From Candidatus Omnitrophota bacterium (GTDB taxonomy: Bacteria; Omnitrophota; Gorgyraeia; Zapsychrales; Zapsychraceae), in assembly GCA_015233115.1 (NCBI GenBank), contig JADFYJ010000001.1, positions 195,084 to 259,083 on the forward strand: 64,000 bases of DNA. Reading direction: 5' to 3'. Numbering within the stretch: position 1 is the first letter of the stretch; every line of letters begins with the position of its first letter. The notes below the pieces were generated by a model. It did no database searches, had not been told where the DNA came from, and worked only from the letters and a program-made list of their open reading frames with translations. Shown here in pieces: positions 37,419-46,707 of the stretch. Both the position numbers and the translations under genes were made by a program.

Positions 37419-37892
37419 ATGAAATTTAAAAATTTTTCAATTATATTTTTAATGTTAAGCTTGCTCCTGGCAGGATGCGCTGTGTCGTCTAATTCCAAAG
37501 CGGATATTGACTTCACCCAGCAAAATTTTGATTCTGTCGCCCAAGACACTGTCACTCATTTATTTTTATTATATAAAAACTTTGATCCCGTTTCTTTTAG
37601 CCAAGCCTTATCACGGGATATTCTACCTGACAAACAGCAATTCATCAGTGATGTTGCCGCATCCGTACAACAACAAAAAGTCGAACAAATCAAATTTTTA
37701 AAAGATTATATTGCCGCAAAAGTCAATGTCATGTCGATAACTGTAAAATGGGAAAAAACCTATACTGTCACAGCAACCGGAGCTATATTCACAGCCAAAG
37801 GTAAGTCAGAATTAATTTTCCGACGATATAATGGCGACTGGCTATTAAACGCAGTCAATGGAGACAGCCCATTCTCAACCGAACATAACTAA
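37419..37892 (+). CDS. Lipoprotein of unknown function.
   Basis: Signal peptide with lipobox LLAGC. About 155 aa. Confidence 0.5.
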   Translation: MKFKNFSIIFLMLSLLLAGCAVSSNSKADIDFTQQNFDSVAQDTVTHLFLLYKNFDPVSFSQALSRDILPDKQQFISDVAASVQQQKVEQIKFLKDYIAAKVNVMSITVKWEKTYTVTATGAIFTAKGKSELIFRRYNGDWLLNAVNGDSPFSTEHN

Positions 37893-37997
37893 AAATAAAA
37901 AAATTATCTTTTTATTTTTATTCAAGAAGATATTGACAACGTTAAGTTTTGCATTAACATATGATGAAGAAATAATTAAGAAAGGAGGAAATAAATC

Positions 37998-38366
37998 ATG
38001 AAAAAATTATTACTCGCACTCGGTCTTTTAGCATTAGTAGCAGCACCGGTTTTAGCACAAGAAGCAGCTAAAACTGAAGTAGCTAAACCAGCAGAAGTTG
38101 CCGCACCTGTTGCAGCACCTGCTGTAGCTGAAACTGTAGTGGCTGGCGATGTCGTATCAGTAGATGCAGCTAAAGCTACAATCGTTGTTAAAACGGTTGT
38201 TGATGCAGCAGCAGCAAAATCTGAAGACAAAACCTTCACTATTCCAGCAGAAGCATCATTAAAGAGCGGAGAAGCACAAATTACGCTCGCTGATGTAGCC
38301 GTCGGAGCTAAAGTTGTTGTTACTTTAGAAAACGATGTTGTTAAATCAGTTGTTGTTAACAAATAA
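37998..38366 (+). CDS. Small exported Ala/Val-rich protein, 122 aa.
   Basis: GGAGGA RBS. Signal peptide ...PVLAQEA. GCA/GTT-biased codon usage that looks expression-optimised. Two short beta-rich segments. Confidence 0.55.
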   Translation: MKKLLLALGLLALVAAPVLAQEAAKTEVAKPAEVAAPVAAPAVAETVVAGDVVSVDAAKATIVVKTVVDAAAAKSEDKTFTIPAEASLKSGEAQITLADVAVGAKVVVTLENDVVKSVVVNK

Positions 38367-38384
38367 TTCTCTTAAGGAGAAATT

Positions 38385-38468
38385 ATGCCAGTCAAAGCAA
38401 AAAAACCGGCTAAAAAAGCCGGAACTTGCAAGACAAAAAAAGCATCAAAAACATGTTGTTGTAAGTAA
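38385..38468 (+). CDS. 27-aa Lys/Cys-rich micro-ORF (MPVKAKKPAKKAGTCKTKKASKTCCCK).
   Basis: AAGGAGA RBS 6 nt upstream of the ATG. Four Cys, including a CCC triplet, in a poly-Lys context. Not in the ORF track because it is shorter than 60 aa. Confidence 0.25.
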   Translation: MPVKAKKPAKKAGTCKTKKASKTCCCK

Positions 38469-38664
38469 TCCTATATCTTTAGGGCCCCGAAGGATATATT
38501 TTAAGCCGAATTTCTGACCTTCAAGGAAGCGGGAGATACCAGCAGGGGGGTGAATCTCATGTAACATGAGAGGGATAGCTGCCATCCTAACCCATCAACT
38601 AATCTCGCAGGCTAGGCAGTATTTTTTTATTAGTTCAAGCTTTAAATATTTTTTGTGGGGGATA

Positions 38665-39438
38665 ATGAGTCATTTAATTGCTTTAATATTGGGTATGGTG
38701 GAAGGAATTACTGAATTTCTACCAATTTCTTCTACTGGGCATTTGATTCTTACCTCAAAATTACTTCACCTTGCTGATTCCGAATTTTTAAAAAGTTTTG
38801 AAATTATTATTCAATTAGGTGCTATTTTATCTGTTGTAGTTCTATATTGGAAATCTTTTTTTACAAACCTCGCTACTGTCAAACGCATTGCAGTTGCTTT
38901 TTTGCCGACCGCAGTTATTGGTTTCATATTTTACAAGCTCATTAAAAAATTTTTATTAAGCAATAGTGACATTGTTATTTGGTCCTTGTTGCTGGGTGGC
39001 ATATTTCTGATCATATTTGAAATGCTTCATAAGGAAAATACGGATTCTTCGCAGGGAATACTGGCCATTTCTTATAAACAAGCATTTTTTATAGGCATAT
39101 TTCAATCCTTCGCTATGATACCCGGCGTTTCCCGTTCTGCTGCCACAATCATTGGAGGGATGTTTTTGGGTATAAGCCGTAAGACTATCGTTGAGTTTTC
39201 CTTTTTATTAGCTGTACCAACTATGGGAGCCGCAGTAGGGTTAGATCTTATAAAAAATTCGCCTAGCTTCGCTGCTGAACAATTTGGATTTTTAGCTACC
39301 GGATTCATTGTTTCGTTTATTGTCGCGCTCGCGGCTATAAAATTTTTGTTATCTTATATCCAAAAAAATAATTTTATTCCTTTTGGTTTTTACCGCATTA
39401 TTGTAGCCATCATATTTATCACTTTCTTCCGATTTTAA
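38665..39438 (+). CDS. uppP: Undecaprenyl-diphosphatase.
   Basis: The N-terminal motif GMVEGITEFLPISSTGHLIL is the BacA/UppP signature, with a second motif PGVSRSAATI. Start at the ATG at 38665; the ORF-track start is upstream in non-coding sequence. Confidence 0.9.
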   Translation: MSHLIALILGMVEGITEFLPISSTGHLILTSKLLHLADSEFLKSFEIIIQLGAILSVVVLYWKSFFTNLATVKRIAVAFLPTAVIGFIFYKLIKKFLLSNSDIVIWSLLLGGIFLIIFEMLHKENTDSSQGILAISYKQAFFIGIFQSFAMIPGVSRSAATIIGGMFLGISRKTIVEFSFLLAVPTMGAAVGLDLIKNSPSFAAEQFGFLATGFIVSFIVALAAIKFLLSYIQKNNFIPFGFYRIIVAIIFITFFRF

Positions 39439-39512
39439 TATTATAAAATTCTATAGCCTTTTTCGTTTTTTAATGGATAATGTAAATATTATTAAAATTA
39501 TTTAATATTATT

Positions 39513-41492
39513 ATGATTAAATTTCTACAAAAATTCAAACTTGTTGTTATTGGAAAATCTAAAAATCCACAGGATTCTCAGATCTTCCACAATCTCTCGC
39601 TCATGGCGTTTTTTGCCTGGGTTGGACTAGGTGCTGATGGTTTGTCTTCTTCATGTTATGGTCCTCAAGAAGCTTTCTTAGCCTTAGGTCACCATACTTA
39701 TCTAAGTATTTTTGTTGCCTTGGCCACTGTGATTACCATTTGCGTCATTAGTGCCAGTTACAGCCAAATAGTTGAAGTTTTTCCTTCAGGAGGCGGGGGT
39801 TATCAGGTCGCCAGCAAATTACTTTCGCCCAGTTGGGGCATGATATCAGGATGCGCGCTTTTGATCGATTACGTATTAACGATTACTGTTTCTATCGCGA
39901 GCGGCGCAGATGCTGTTTTTAGTTTACTTCCTCCTCATTTTATCCATTACAAACTTTGGTTTGCTTTATTTAGTATCATTGTTCTCACTCTTCTTAATAT
40001 GAGAGGGGTGAAAGAATCTGTTCTGACTTTAGTCCCCATTTTTCTCGTTTTTGTTTTTACCCATGTATTTATAATAATTTATTTTTTCTTCCATCACTTA
40101 CCAGAATTACCTAATATTGCCCATGCCGCGCACGCTGATGTTTCCAGTGCTGTTTCTCAAATAGGATGGCTCGGGGTCATTTTTCTCATTTTACGAGCTT
40201 ATAGCATGGGAGCAGGGACTTTCACCGGGCTGGAAGCAGTCAGTAATGCGGTTTCTTTGTTACGTGAACCTAGAGTTAAGACCGCTAAAAAAACCATGGT
40301 CTACATGGCAGTTTCCCTATCCGTTATTGTCTTAGGTTTGATGCTGGCGTACATTGTTTATGACCTACATTTTGTTGAAGGAAAAACCCTCAATGCTGTT
40401 TTGTTTGAAAAAATCACTTCATCATGGGGTATCGGCGGCTATATTTTTGTTCTTATCGCGCTTATTTCTGAGGCTACACTTTTGTTTATCGCCGCTCAAA
40501 CTGGATTTTTAGGCGGACCACGTGTTTTGGCGAATATGGCTGTCGACCGCTGGTTTCCAACCCGATTTTCCATGCTCAGTGACCGGTTAGTCATCCAAAA
40601 CGGTGTCCTGATCATGAGCATTTTAGCTTTAGCCCTTTTGATTTTTACACACGGTTCAGTCAGCTTGCTAGTCGTCTTTTACTCAATCAACGTGTTTATT
40701 ACTTTTGTGTTATCCCAACTTGGCATGGTGAGACATTGGTGGAATAATCGATCAAAAGTGACGGATTGGTTTAAAAAAATGTTGGTCAATGGCATAGGCC
40801 TTGTTTTAACTGCATTTATTTTAGTTTCAATGATAGTTTTAAAATTTAACGACGGAGGGTGGGCCACTCTGGTGGTAACCGGAGCATTAATCGCTTTTGC
40901 TATCTATATCAAGAAGCATTATCTTCAAACCGCTAAATTGTTAAAAAGACTTAATAACTTAGTTGTGGCAGCTGAAAATTCGCCAGTTGAGCATGACCCA
41001 ACCAAGACTGCCTCTTTAATAAAAAATCCAGATTTTTCCGCCAAAACCGCGGTGATTCTAGTTACCGGATTTAATGGGATGGGCTTACATACTTTATTTG
41101 GGATATTCAGATTTTTTGGGCAAACATTTAAAAATTATGTATTTGTCCAAGTTGGCGTTATCGATGTGGAAAATTTCAATTCATCTGAAGAGGTTAAATC
41201 TGTTGAAACAAAAGTAAAGCATGATACGGATCGATATGTTGCGTATATTCAAGGGCAAGGTTTTTATTCTGAAGGTATTTGGTCAGTGAATGTTGATGCC
41301 GTTGAAGGCGTTGTTGATTTGGCTCCACAAGTATTAAAAAAATATCCGAATTCGGTTTTCTTTGGGGGGCAATTGATATTTCCGGAAGAAACATTGATAT
41401 CCCGTTTTTTGCATAATTATACGTCTTTTGCGCTCCAAAAACGACTTTATTGGCAAGGGGTCCCATTTGTAATTTTGCCAATTCGTGTATAA
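39513..41492 (+). CDS. APC-superfamily amino-acid permease with a roughly 200-aa cytoplasmic C-terminal extension.
   Basis: 12 TM helices with an APC-like N-terminus. Soluble C-terminal domain of unknown function. Confidence 0.65.
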   Translation: MIKFLQKFKLVVIGKSKNPQDSQIFHNLSLMAFFAWVGLGADGLSSSCYGPQEAFLALGHHTYLSIFVALATVITICVISASYSQIVEVFPSGGGGYQVASKLLSPSWGMISGCALLIDYVLTITVSIASGADAVFSLLPPHFIHYKLWFALFSIIVLTLLNMRGVKESVLTLVPIFLVFVFTHVFIIIYFFFHHLPELPNIAHAAHADVSSAVSQIGWLGVIFLILRAYSMGAGTFTGLEAVSNAVSLLREPRVKTAKKTMVYMAVSLSVIVLGLMLAYIVYDLHFVEGKTLNAVLFEKITSSWGIGGYIFVLIALISEATLLFIAAQTGFLGGPRVLANMAVDRWFPTRFSMLSDRLVIQNGVLIMSILALALLIFTHGSVSLLVVFYSINVFITFVLSQLGMVRHWWNNRSKVTDWFKKMLVNGIGLVLTAFILVSMIVLKFNDGGWATLVVTGALIAFAIYIKKHYLQTAKLLKRLNNLVVAAENSPVEHDPTKTASLIKNPDFSAKTAVILVTGFNGMGLHTLFGIFRFFGQTFKNYVFVQVGVIDVENFNSSEEVKSVETKVKHDTDRYVAYIQGQGFYSEGIWSVNVDAVEGVVDLAPQVLKKYPNSVFFGGQLIFPEETLISRFLHNYTSFALQKRLYWQGVPFVILPIRV

Positions 41493-41556
41493 TTAAACGC
41501 AAACAAAAGTCGATAGGTTGAAGGATAGGTTTAAAATTTAAAAAGTGAGAGATTTT

Positions 41557-42141
41557 ATGGTGAAAGAAATTTTATTAGCATTTGTGCCTATATTTGTCGC
41601 TGTAGACGCCATAGGCGTTCTTCCCATATTTCTCGGTGTGACTGGAAACCTTGATTCAAAGCAAAGAGTGACAGTTATACAACAGTCGATTGTTACAGCT
41701 TTAACCCTAGCCATTAGTTTTATTTTTTTAGGGAAAAGCTTATTTCATTTACTGGGAATTACCGTCGCAGATTTTATGATCGCGGGAGGGGCGATTTTAT
41801 TTTGTATCGCGCTCAGTGATATTTTTCAAACCGAAAAAAAACGCAACATTCCGGCTGAAGAGATCGGTGCTGTTCCCATTGGCACGCCTTTGATCGTTGG
41901 GCCAGCTGTTTTGACAACATGTTTGATCTGTATTGGTCAATATGGCATTGTCCCTACATTAATTGCCGTTACGATCAACGTGCTGATTGCTGGTATCATT
42001 TTTGCCTGTGCTGACGTACTCATACGAGTAGTTGGCAGATCTGGCGCTGCCGCTTTATCCAAAATTATGGCTTTATTGTTAGGCGCTATCGCGGTTATGA
42101 TGATCCGCAAAGGCGTTTTTGTCTTTATCCATCCAGTATAA
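41557..42141 (+). CDS. MarC family (UPF0056) membrane protein.
   Basis: N-terminus ILLAFVPIFVAVDAIGVLPIFLGVTG and 6 TM helices, typical of MarC/UPF0056. Confidence 0.7.
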   Translation: MVKEILLAFVPIFVAVDAIGVLPIFLGVTGNLDSKQRVTVIQQSIVTALTLAISFIFLGKSLFHLLGITVADFMIAGGAILFCIALSDIFQTEKKRNIPAEEIGAVPIGTPLIVGPAVLTTCLICIGQYGIVPTLIAVTINVLIAGIIFACADVLIRVVGRSGAAALSKIMALLLGAIAVMMIRKGVFVFIHPV

Positions 42142-42183
42142 AAACAGGCTATAGGCGACAGGAATAACGAATTATAATTATTT

Positions 42184-42513
42184 ATGAAAACAATCATTTT
42201 ATTATCAATTTCAAATGTTTTCATGACCTTTGCCTGGTATGGTCATTTAAAATACAAAAATTCCCCTTTATATTTAGCGATTTTGTTCAGCTGGCTGATC
42301 GCGTTTTTTGAATATTGCTTTCAGGTTCCGGCTAACCGTTACGGATATGGACAATTCACGGGCGCACAATTAAAAATTATACAAGAAGTAATTACGCTAG
42401 TGATATTCTGTATTTTTTCCGTCTTTTACTTAAAAGAAGGCCTGAAATGGAATTATCTGATCGGATTTCTCTTCATTATCGCCGCTGTTTTCTTTATATT
42501 CAAAAAATGGTAA
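42184..42513 (+). CDS. Small DMT-like membrane protein (DUF486-like).
   Basis: 109 aa, 4 hydrophobic helices. Confidence 0.4.
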   Translation: MKTIILLSISNVFMTFAWYGHLKYKNSPLYLAILFSWLIAFFEYCFQVPANRYGYGQFTGAQLKIIQEVITLVIFCIFSVFYLKEGLKWNYLIGFLFIIAAVFFIFKKW

Positions 42514-42670
42514 ATTCACATCGTTAAAGTAAAAAGTTAAAAGTAAGAAGTAAAAGTAAAACCAATAATACCAAGCTAGAAAACAATAAAAAAAATGCAT
42601 AAAAATAAATTTATGCTAAAATATCGGCCATAAACGACAATAGAATAAAATTCTTAAAAGAGGACTGGTT

Positions 42671-44425
42671 ATGCCGTTGATAGAATATGAAACATTAGAC
42701 CGAAAAATTATTATCCGTATTCGTGACCGCATTTGCGAAACACCGGAAGAACTGATCACCAGCGATCTTTTTCGGCACATAGTCAAAGAAGCAATTTTAG
42801 AATTACATCAGCACGATTCTTATTTATTAAATATTTTTCCAGTTAAAGAAGCAGGCAGGGAAGAGATTGATGTTTTAATTGAAATATTCCAATTTTTAGT
42901 AAAAATGAAAGCCGAACTTGTTCCCAATGTCGTAAAAAATTCCGCGTCACTTCTAAAAGATAAACACTTATTTAATGAATTTGTTGAATACCTTTATAAT
43001 TATTGGCGTAATTTTGACCGTTTTATCATTTGTGAATCAGCTGAAGGGACTGTCGAAAGCCGGCCATATCGCATATTTAATAACACCATTGAACATCTTA
43101 TGCATTTAGTGCGGGCGGTATATCGGGATATTCAGGAAAATATTACCGGCGAACATCCTAACATTTATCGTCAAGTTCGAGCCGGCGCAGAAATTGCCAC
43201 CATAGCGGTTCCTCAAAAACTGCCGTTCCGGTCTAACACATTTAAAAAATTGGATGCTATTCCGGTTATCCGTCAGGTTCTGCTTTATCCGCCATTGATA
43301 CTTAACCCCCCCATGAATAAAAGGACCGGGAAATTTGAAAAAATATCAGTCAATCCTTTAGAAAAAGTAGATATCGATTCACGCGAATGGCTGTGTTATC
43401 CTGCCAAAGTAGGTCCTTTGGTCATTTGGATTTATTTCCATCAAAAATTCGCGGAACTCGGTTTTTCGCTATGTAATTTATTTGAACTCGCCACAGGTAA
43501 AGACTTAGACAAAAAACCTGACGGAGTTTTTTGCTTTGGCGTGCCCCGTCAATCATTAGAAGGATTGGGCAAATCACTGACTGTATTTTATGAAGACACA
43601 AAGAATGATGTACTCATCGCTGCCTGCCCAAGTGACGACGAATTTGGGTATTACGGTTATTTAAAGAAAATGGTCTTAACTCTTCATAATGTTGTCATGA
43701 TGAAAAGAGGGATTCTCCCTTTTCATGGCGCGTTAGTGCGAATTATATTATCAAAAAACAAAATTGTTACCGTCTTGCTAATAGGTGATACCGGCGCAGG
43801 TAAGTCTGAAACTTTAGAAGCTTTACGCGAAATGGGTAAAGATATTATCAAAGACTTGATTATTATCGCGGATGATATGGGTTCGATTCAGATTGACGCG
43901 AAAGGTCAGGCTTTGGGATATGGCACCGAAATCGGCGCGTTTTTACGTCTGGATGATTTAAAACCTGGATACGCTTTCGGACAAATGGACCGAGCTATTA
44001 TTATGAATCCAAACAAAATAAATGCCAGGATCGTGATCCCGGTGACCACCTTTGATAAACTCATAGCTGGTTATCCTATTGATATGGTGTTATATGCTAA
44101 TAATTACGAAGAAGTTGATGAAGATCATCCTATTGTGGAACGTTTTCAAACTGTCGAAGAAGCTTTAAAAATTTTTCGTGAGGGCACAGTTATGAGTAAA
44201 GGGACAACGACCTCAACCGGCATCGTTCACTCATATTTTGCCAATGTGTTCGGCCCGACCCAATATAGAGAATTGCACGATGCATTAGCTTCTAAATATT
44301 TTGAAGCATTCTTCAAGAAAAAATTATATATGGGACAATTTCGTACCCGCCTGGGAATTGCTGGCGCAGAGAGAAAAGGCCCGGAAGAAGCGGCACAAGC
44401 GTTGTTAAACCTCATCAGCAAATAA
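42671..44425 (+). CDS. HprK-like P-loop domain protein with a large uncharacterised N-terminal region.
   Basis: The C-terminal segment HGALVRIILSKNKIVTVLLIGDTGAGKSETLEALREMGKDIIKDLIIIADDMG matches the HPr kinase/phosphorylase Walker A (G-D-S/T-G-x-GKSE) and the following hLvADD motif. The N-terminal 370 aa or so have no recognisable motif. Confidence 0.55.
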   Translation: MPLIEYETLDRKIIIRIRDRICETPEELITSDLFRHIVKEAILELHQHDSYLLNIFPVKEAGREEIDVLIEIFQFLVKMKAELVPNVVKNSASLLKDKHLFNEFVEYLYNYWRNFDRFIICESAEGTVESRPYRIFNNTIEHLMHLVRAVYRDIQENITGEHPNIYRQVRAGAEIATIAVPQKLPFRSNTFKKLDAIPVIRQVLLYPPLILNPPMNKRTGKFEKISVNPLEKVDIDSREWLCYPAKVGPLVIWIYFHQKFAELGFSLCNLFELATGKDLDKKPDGVFCFGVPRQSLEGLGKSLTVFYEDTKNDVLIAACPSDDEFGYYGYLKKMVLTLHNVVMMKRGILPFHGALVRIILSKNKIVTVLLIGDTGAGKSETLEALREMGKDIIKDLIIIADDMGSIQIDAKGQALGYGTEIGAFLRLDDLKPGYAFGQMDRAIIMNPNKINARIVIPVTTFDKLIAGYPIDMVLYANNYEEVDEDHPIVERFQTVEEALKIFREGTVMSKGTTTSTGIVHSYFANVFGPTQYRELHDALASKYFEAFFKKKLYMGQFRTRLGIAGAERKGPEEAAQALLNLISK

Positions 44426-44428
44426 TAT

Positions 44429-46219
44429 TTGTTTTTGGCTAATATGGATCTTTCCAATATCCGACCGCCTTTTATTTTTCTTGATTCTGCTCGTCTAGAT
44501 AATAAGAATGATAAATCTTATCTATTTATTCGTCCCCTGCAAATACTAACGACAAATCAGCCTCATGAAATAAAAAGTATATTTGATCAAATCGATATTT
44601 TATCCCAAAAATATTGGATCAGCGGATATTTGAGTTATGAAGCTTTATATGGATTCGAACCAAAATTAACCAGCCCTAAATCCTTCTCATATCCATTAAT
44701 CTGGATGGGTGTGTATAAGAAACCTTTTCTTATCAAATCATATAAAGGGCAGAGACCAGGTGAAGAGCATTTAATTCAGCTAAATTCATCCATGTCTTGG
44801 CCGACTTATAAAAACGCAATCCATAGTATAAAACAACATATCCACCGAGGTAACACGTATCAGGTTAATTATACATTCGATCAGAATATGCGCGCATCAA
44901 TAAGCGGCTGGGCTTTGTACGACTTCCTTCGTCATAAACAAAAGACCTCGTATTGCGCCTATATTCATACTCGTCATAACGAAATCATGTCATTTTCTCC
45001 AGAATTGTTTTTTTGCCGCGACAAAAATTTTATTGAAACTAAGCCCATGAAAGGGACTATCAAGCGCGGACGACATTCTGCGGAAGATCTCGAAAATAAA
45101 AACCAGCTTGCCCACGACACCAAAAATATTGCTGAAAATCTCATGATTGTTGATTTATTGCGAAATGATTTAGGACGCATATGTCAGACGGATAGCATAA
45201 AAGTCCAAGATATGTTCCAGGTCGAAACACATCCGACGCTTCACCAAATGACAACCACTATTCAAGGTCAGCTTAATCCCCACACTGCCTATTATGATAT
45301 ATTCCGTAGCCTGTTCCCGTGCGGGTCAGTCACTGGCGCGCCCAAAATCAAAACCATGCAGATCATTGAAAAAATCGAGCAGGGAAAACGTGGTGTTTAT
45401 TGCGGAGCTATCGGATACATATCGCCAAAACAAAAAGCAGTTTTTAGCGTCCCCATTCGGACTTTAGTTCGCCCAACTTCACAAAAATTATGGAAATATC
45501 GCGTCGGCAGCGGCATAATATGGGATTCTGACACCAAACAAGAATGGGAAGAATGCCATACAAAATCACAGTTTCTAACACAACTGCCGTGTCAAGATTT
45601 TGATATTTTTGAGACCATATTATGGAATAAACGGCTCATTTATCTTAATGACCATATTAATCGTCTAAAAAATTCCTGCCAGTATTTTGCTTATCCCTTA
45701 GATGACAAAAATTTAAAATTATTAATCAAAACGATTCAGCATACTCTTAAAAATAATCCGCCAACCATAATCAAAATCATGGTTGCAGCGAATGGAAAAA
45801 TGCGTTGGGAAGTACGGCCATTTAAAAAATTTACGAATAATGGAGAGCCATTAAAAATTATTATCGCGGAACAAAAACTAGACTCCCAAAATAAATTTTT
45901 ATTTCATAAAACAACTCGCCGACCTTGGTATGAAAAGGCATCTAAGTTAACAAAAAACAACCAATCATATGAAGTGATATTTTTTAATCAGCGTGGAGAA
46001 TTGTGCGAAGGGAGCCGGTCAAATATTTTCATTGATATGGCCGGACAACTATTTACTCCAGCGCTCACCTGCGGATTATTACCAGGAATCTTGCGCGGTA
46101 GATTACTTAAACAAAATAAATGTAAAGAGCTGATTTTGCACAAAACTGATTTGGATCGTGCCCAAGCAATCTATTGTGGGAATTCTGTCCGAGGTTTAGT
46201 TCAGGTAAAAATGGTATAA
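44429..46219 (+). CDS. pabB: Bifunctional aminodeoxychorismate synthase component I / class IV aminotransferase (PabB-PabC fusion).
   Basis: Chorismate-binding motifs (GAPKIKTMQIIEKIEQGKRGVYCGAIGY) in residues 1-390. C-terminal class IV aminotransferase / ADC lyase-like domain (ILWNKRLIYLNDHINRL...). Confidence 0.8.
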   Translation: MFLANMDLSNIRPPFIFLDSARLDNKNDKSYLFIRPLQILTTNQPHEIKSIFDQIDILSQKYWISGYLSYEALYGFEPKLTSPKSFSYPLIWMGVYKKPFLIKSYKGQRPGEEHLIQLNSSMSWPTYKNAIHSIKQHIHRGNTYQVNYTFDQNMRASISGWALYDFLRHKQKTSYCAYIHTRHNEIMSFSPELFFCRDKNFIETKPMKGTIKRGRHSAEDLENKNQLAHDTKNIAENLMIVDLLRNDLGRICQTDSIKVQDMFQVETHPTLHQMTTTIQGQLNPHTAYYDIFRSLFPCGSVTGAPKIKTMQIIEKIEQGKRGVYCGAIGYISPKQKAVFSVPIRTLVRPTSQKLWKYRVGSGIIWDSDTKQEWEECHTKSQFLTQLPCQDFDIFETILWNKRLIYLNDHINRLKNSCQYFAYPLDDKNLKLLIKTIQHTLKNNPPTIIKIMVAANGKMRWEVRPFKKFTNNGEPLKIIIAEQKLDSQNKFLFHKTTRRPWYEKASKLTKNNQSYEVIFFNQRGELCEGSRSNIFIDMAGQLFTPALTCGLLPGILRGRLLKQNKCKELILHKTDLDRAQAIYCGNSVRGLVQVKMV

Positions 46220-46272
46220 AATGGTATAAAATTTTTTCTTGACAAATGATACTAAAGTGGTATCCTTAGGAT

Positions 46273-46671
46273 ATGAAGCTAATTAACAAAAACACAGATT
46301 ATGCCGTTCAAGCCATTTATTATATTGCCCAAAAATCTCCTGATATCGTTTCGACTGTTGAAGTAGAAGAAAAATTAGGATTGCCGCGTCCTTTTATTCG
46401 CAAAATCCTACAAATTTTAACCAAAGCCGAAATTTTATCATCATCAAAAGGAAATAAGGGAGGTTTTACAATTTCCCGACCATTATCTGACATTTATTTG
46501 CTCGATTTAATGCAATTATTTCAGGGAAGAATTGCTTTTACAGATTGCTCATTCCAGAAAAAAGTTTGCCCGAATGCAGGGCATTGTCCTTTGCGCCGGC
46601 GCATTAAAACTATTGAAGAAACAGTAATTAATGAATTAAAAGGTGTAACTTTAAAAGAGCTGTTAAATTAA
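46273..46671 (+). CDS. Rrf2 family transcriptional regulator (NsrR/IscR-like, three Cys ligands).
   Basis: N-terminal wHTH (KNTDYAVQAIYYIAQ...) and C-terminal CSFQKKVCPNAGHC motif. Positioned upstream of hcp. Confidence 0.85.
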   Translation: MKLINKNTDYAVQAIYYIAQKSPDIVSTVEVEEKLGLPRPFIRKILQILTKAEILSSSKGNKGGFTISRPLSDIYLLDLMQLFQGRIAFTDCSFQKKVCPNAGHCPLRRRIKTIEETVINELKGVTLKELLN

Positions 46672-46707
46672 TAATTTTATTTTTTAATGATACATTAAAA
46701 GTATCAT

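Noticed and set aside
37976-38362. 128-aa minus-strand ORF antisense to the Ala/Val-rich exported protein gene.
   Set aside because: It is a mirror image of a GCA/GTT-rich gene. The + strand gene has a signal peptide and an RBS; the antisense ORF has neither.
38469-38664. SRP (4.5S) RNA, suggested by the AAGGAAGC motif.
   Set aside because: I could not find a closing helix pairing the 5' and 3' ends or the conserved domain IV symmetric loop, and the match is too short. It is reported only as a candidate leader structure.
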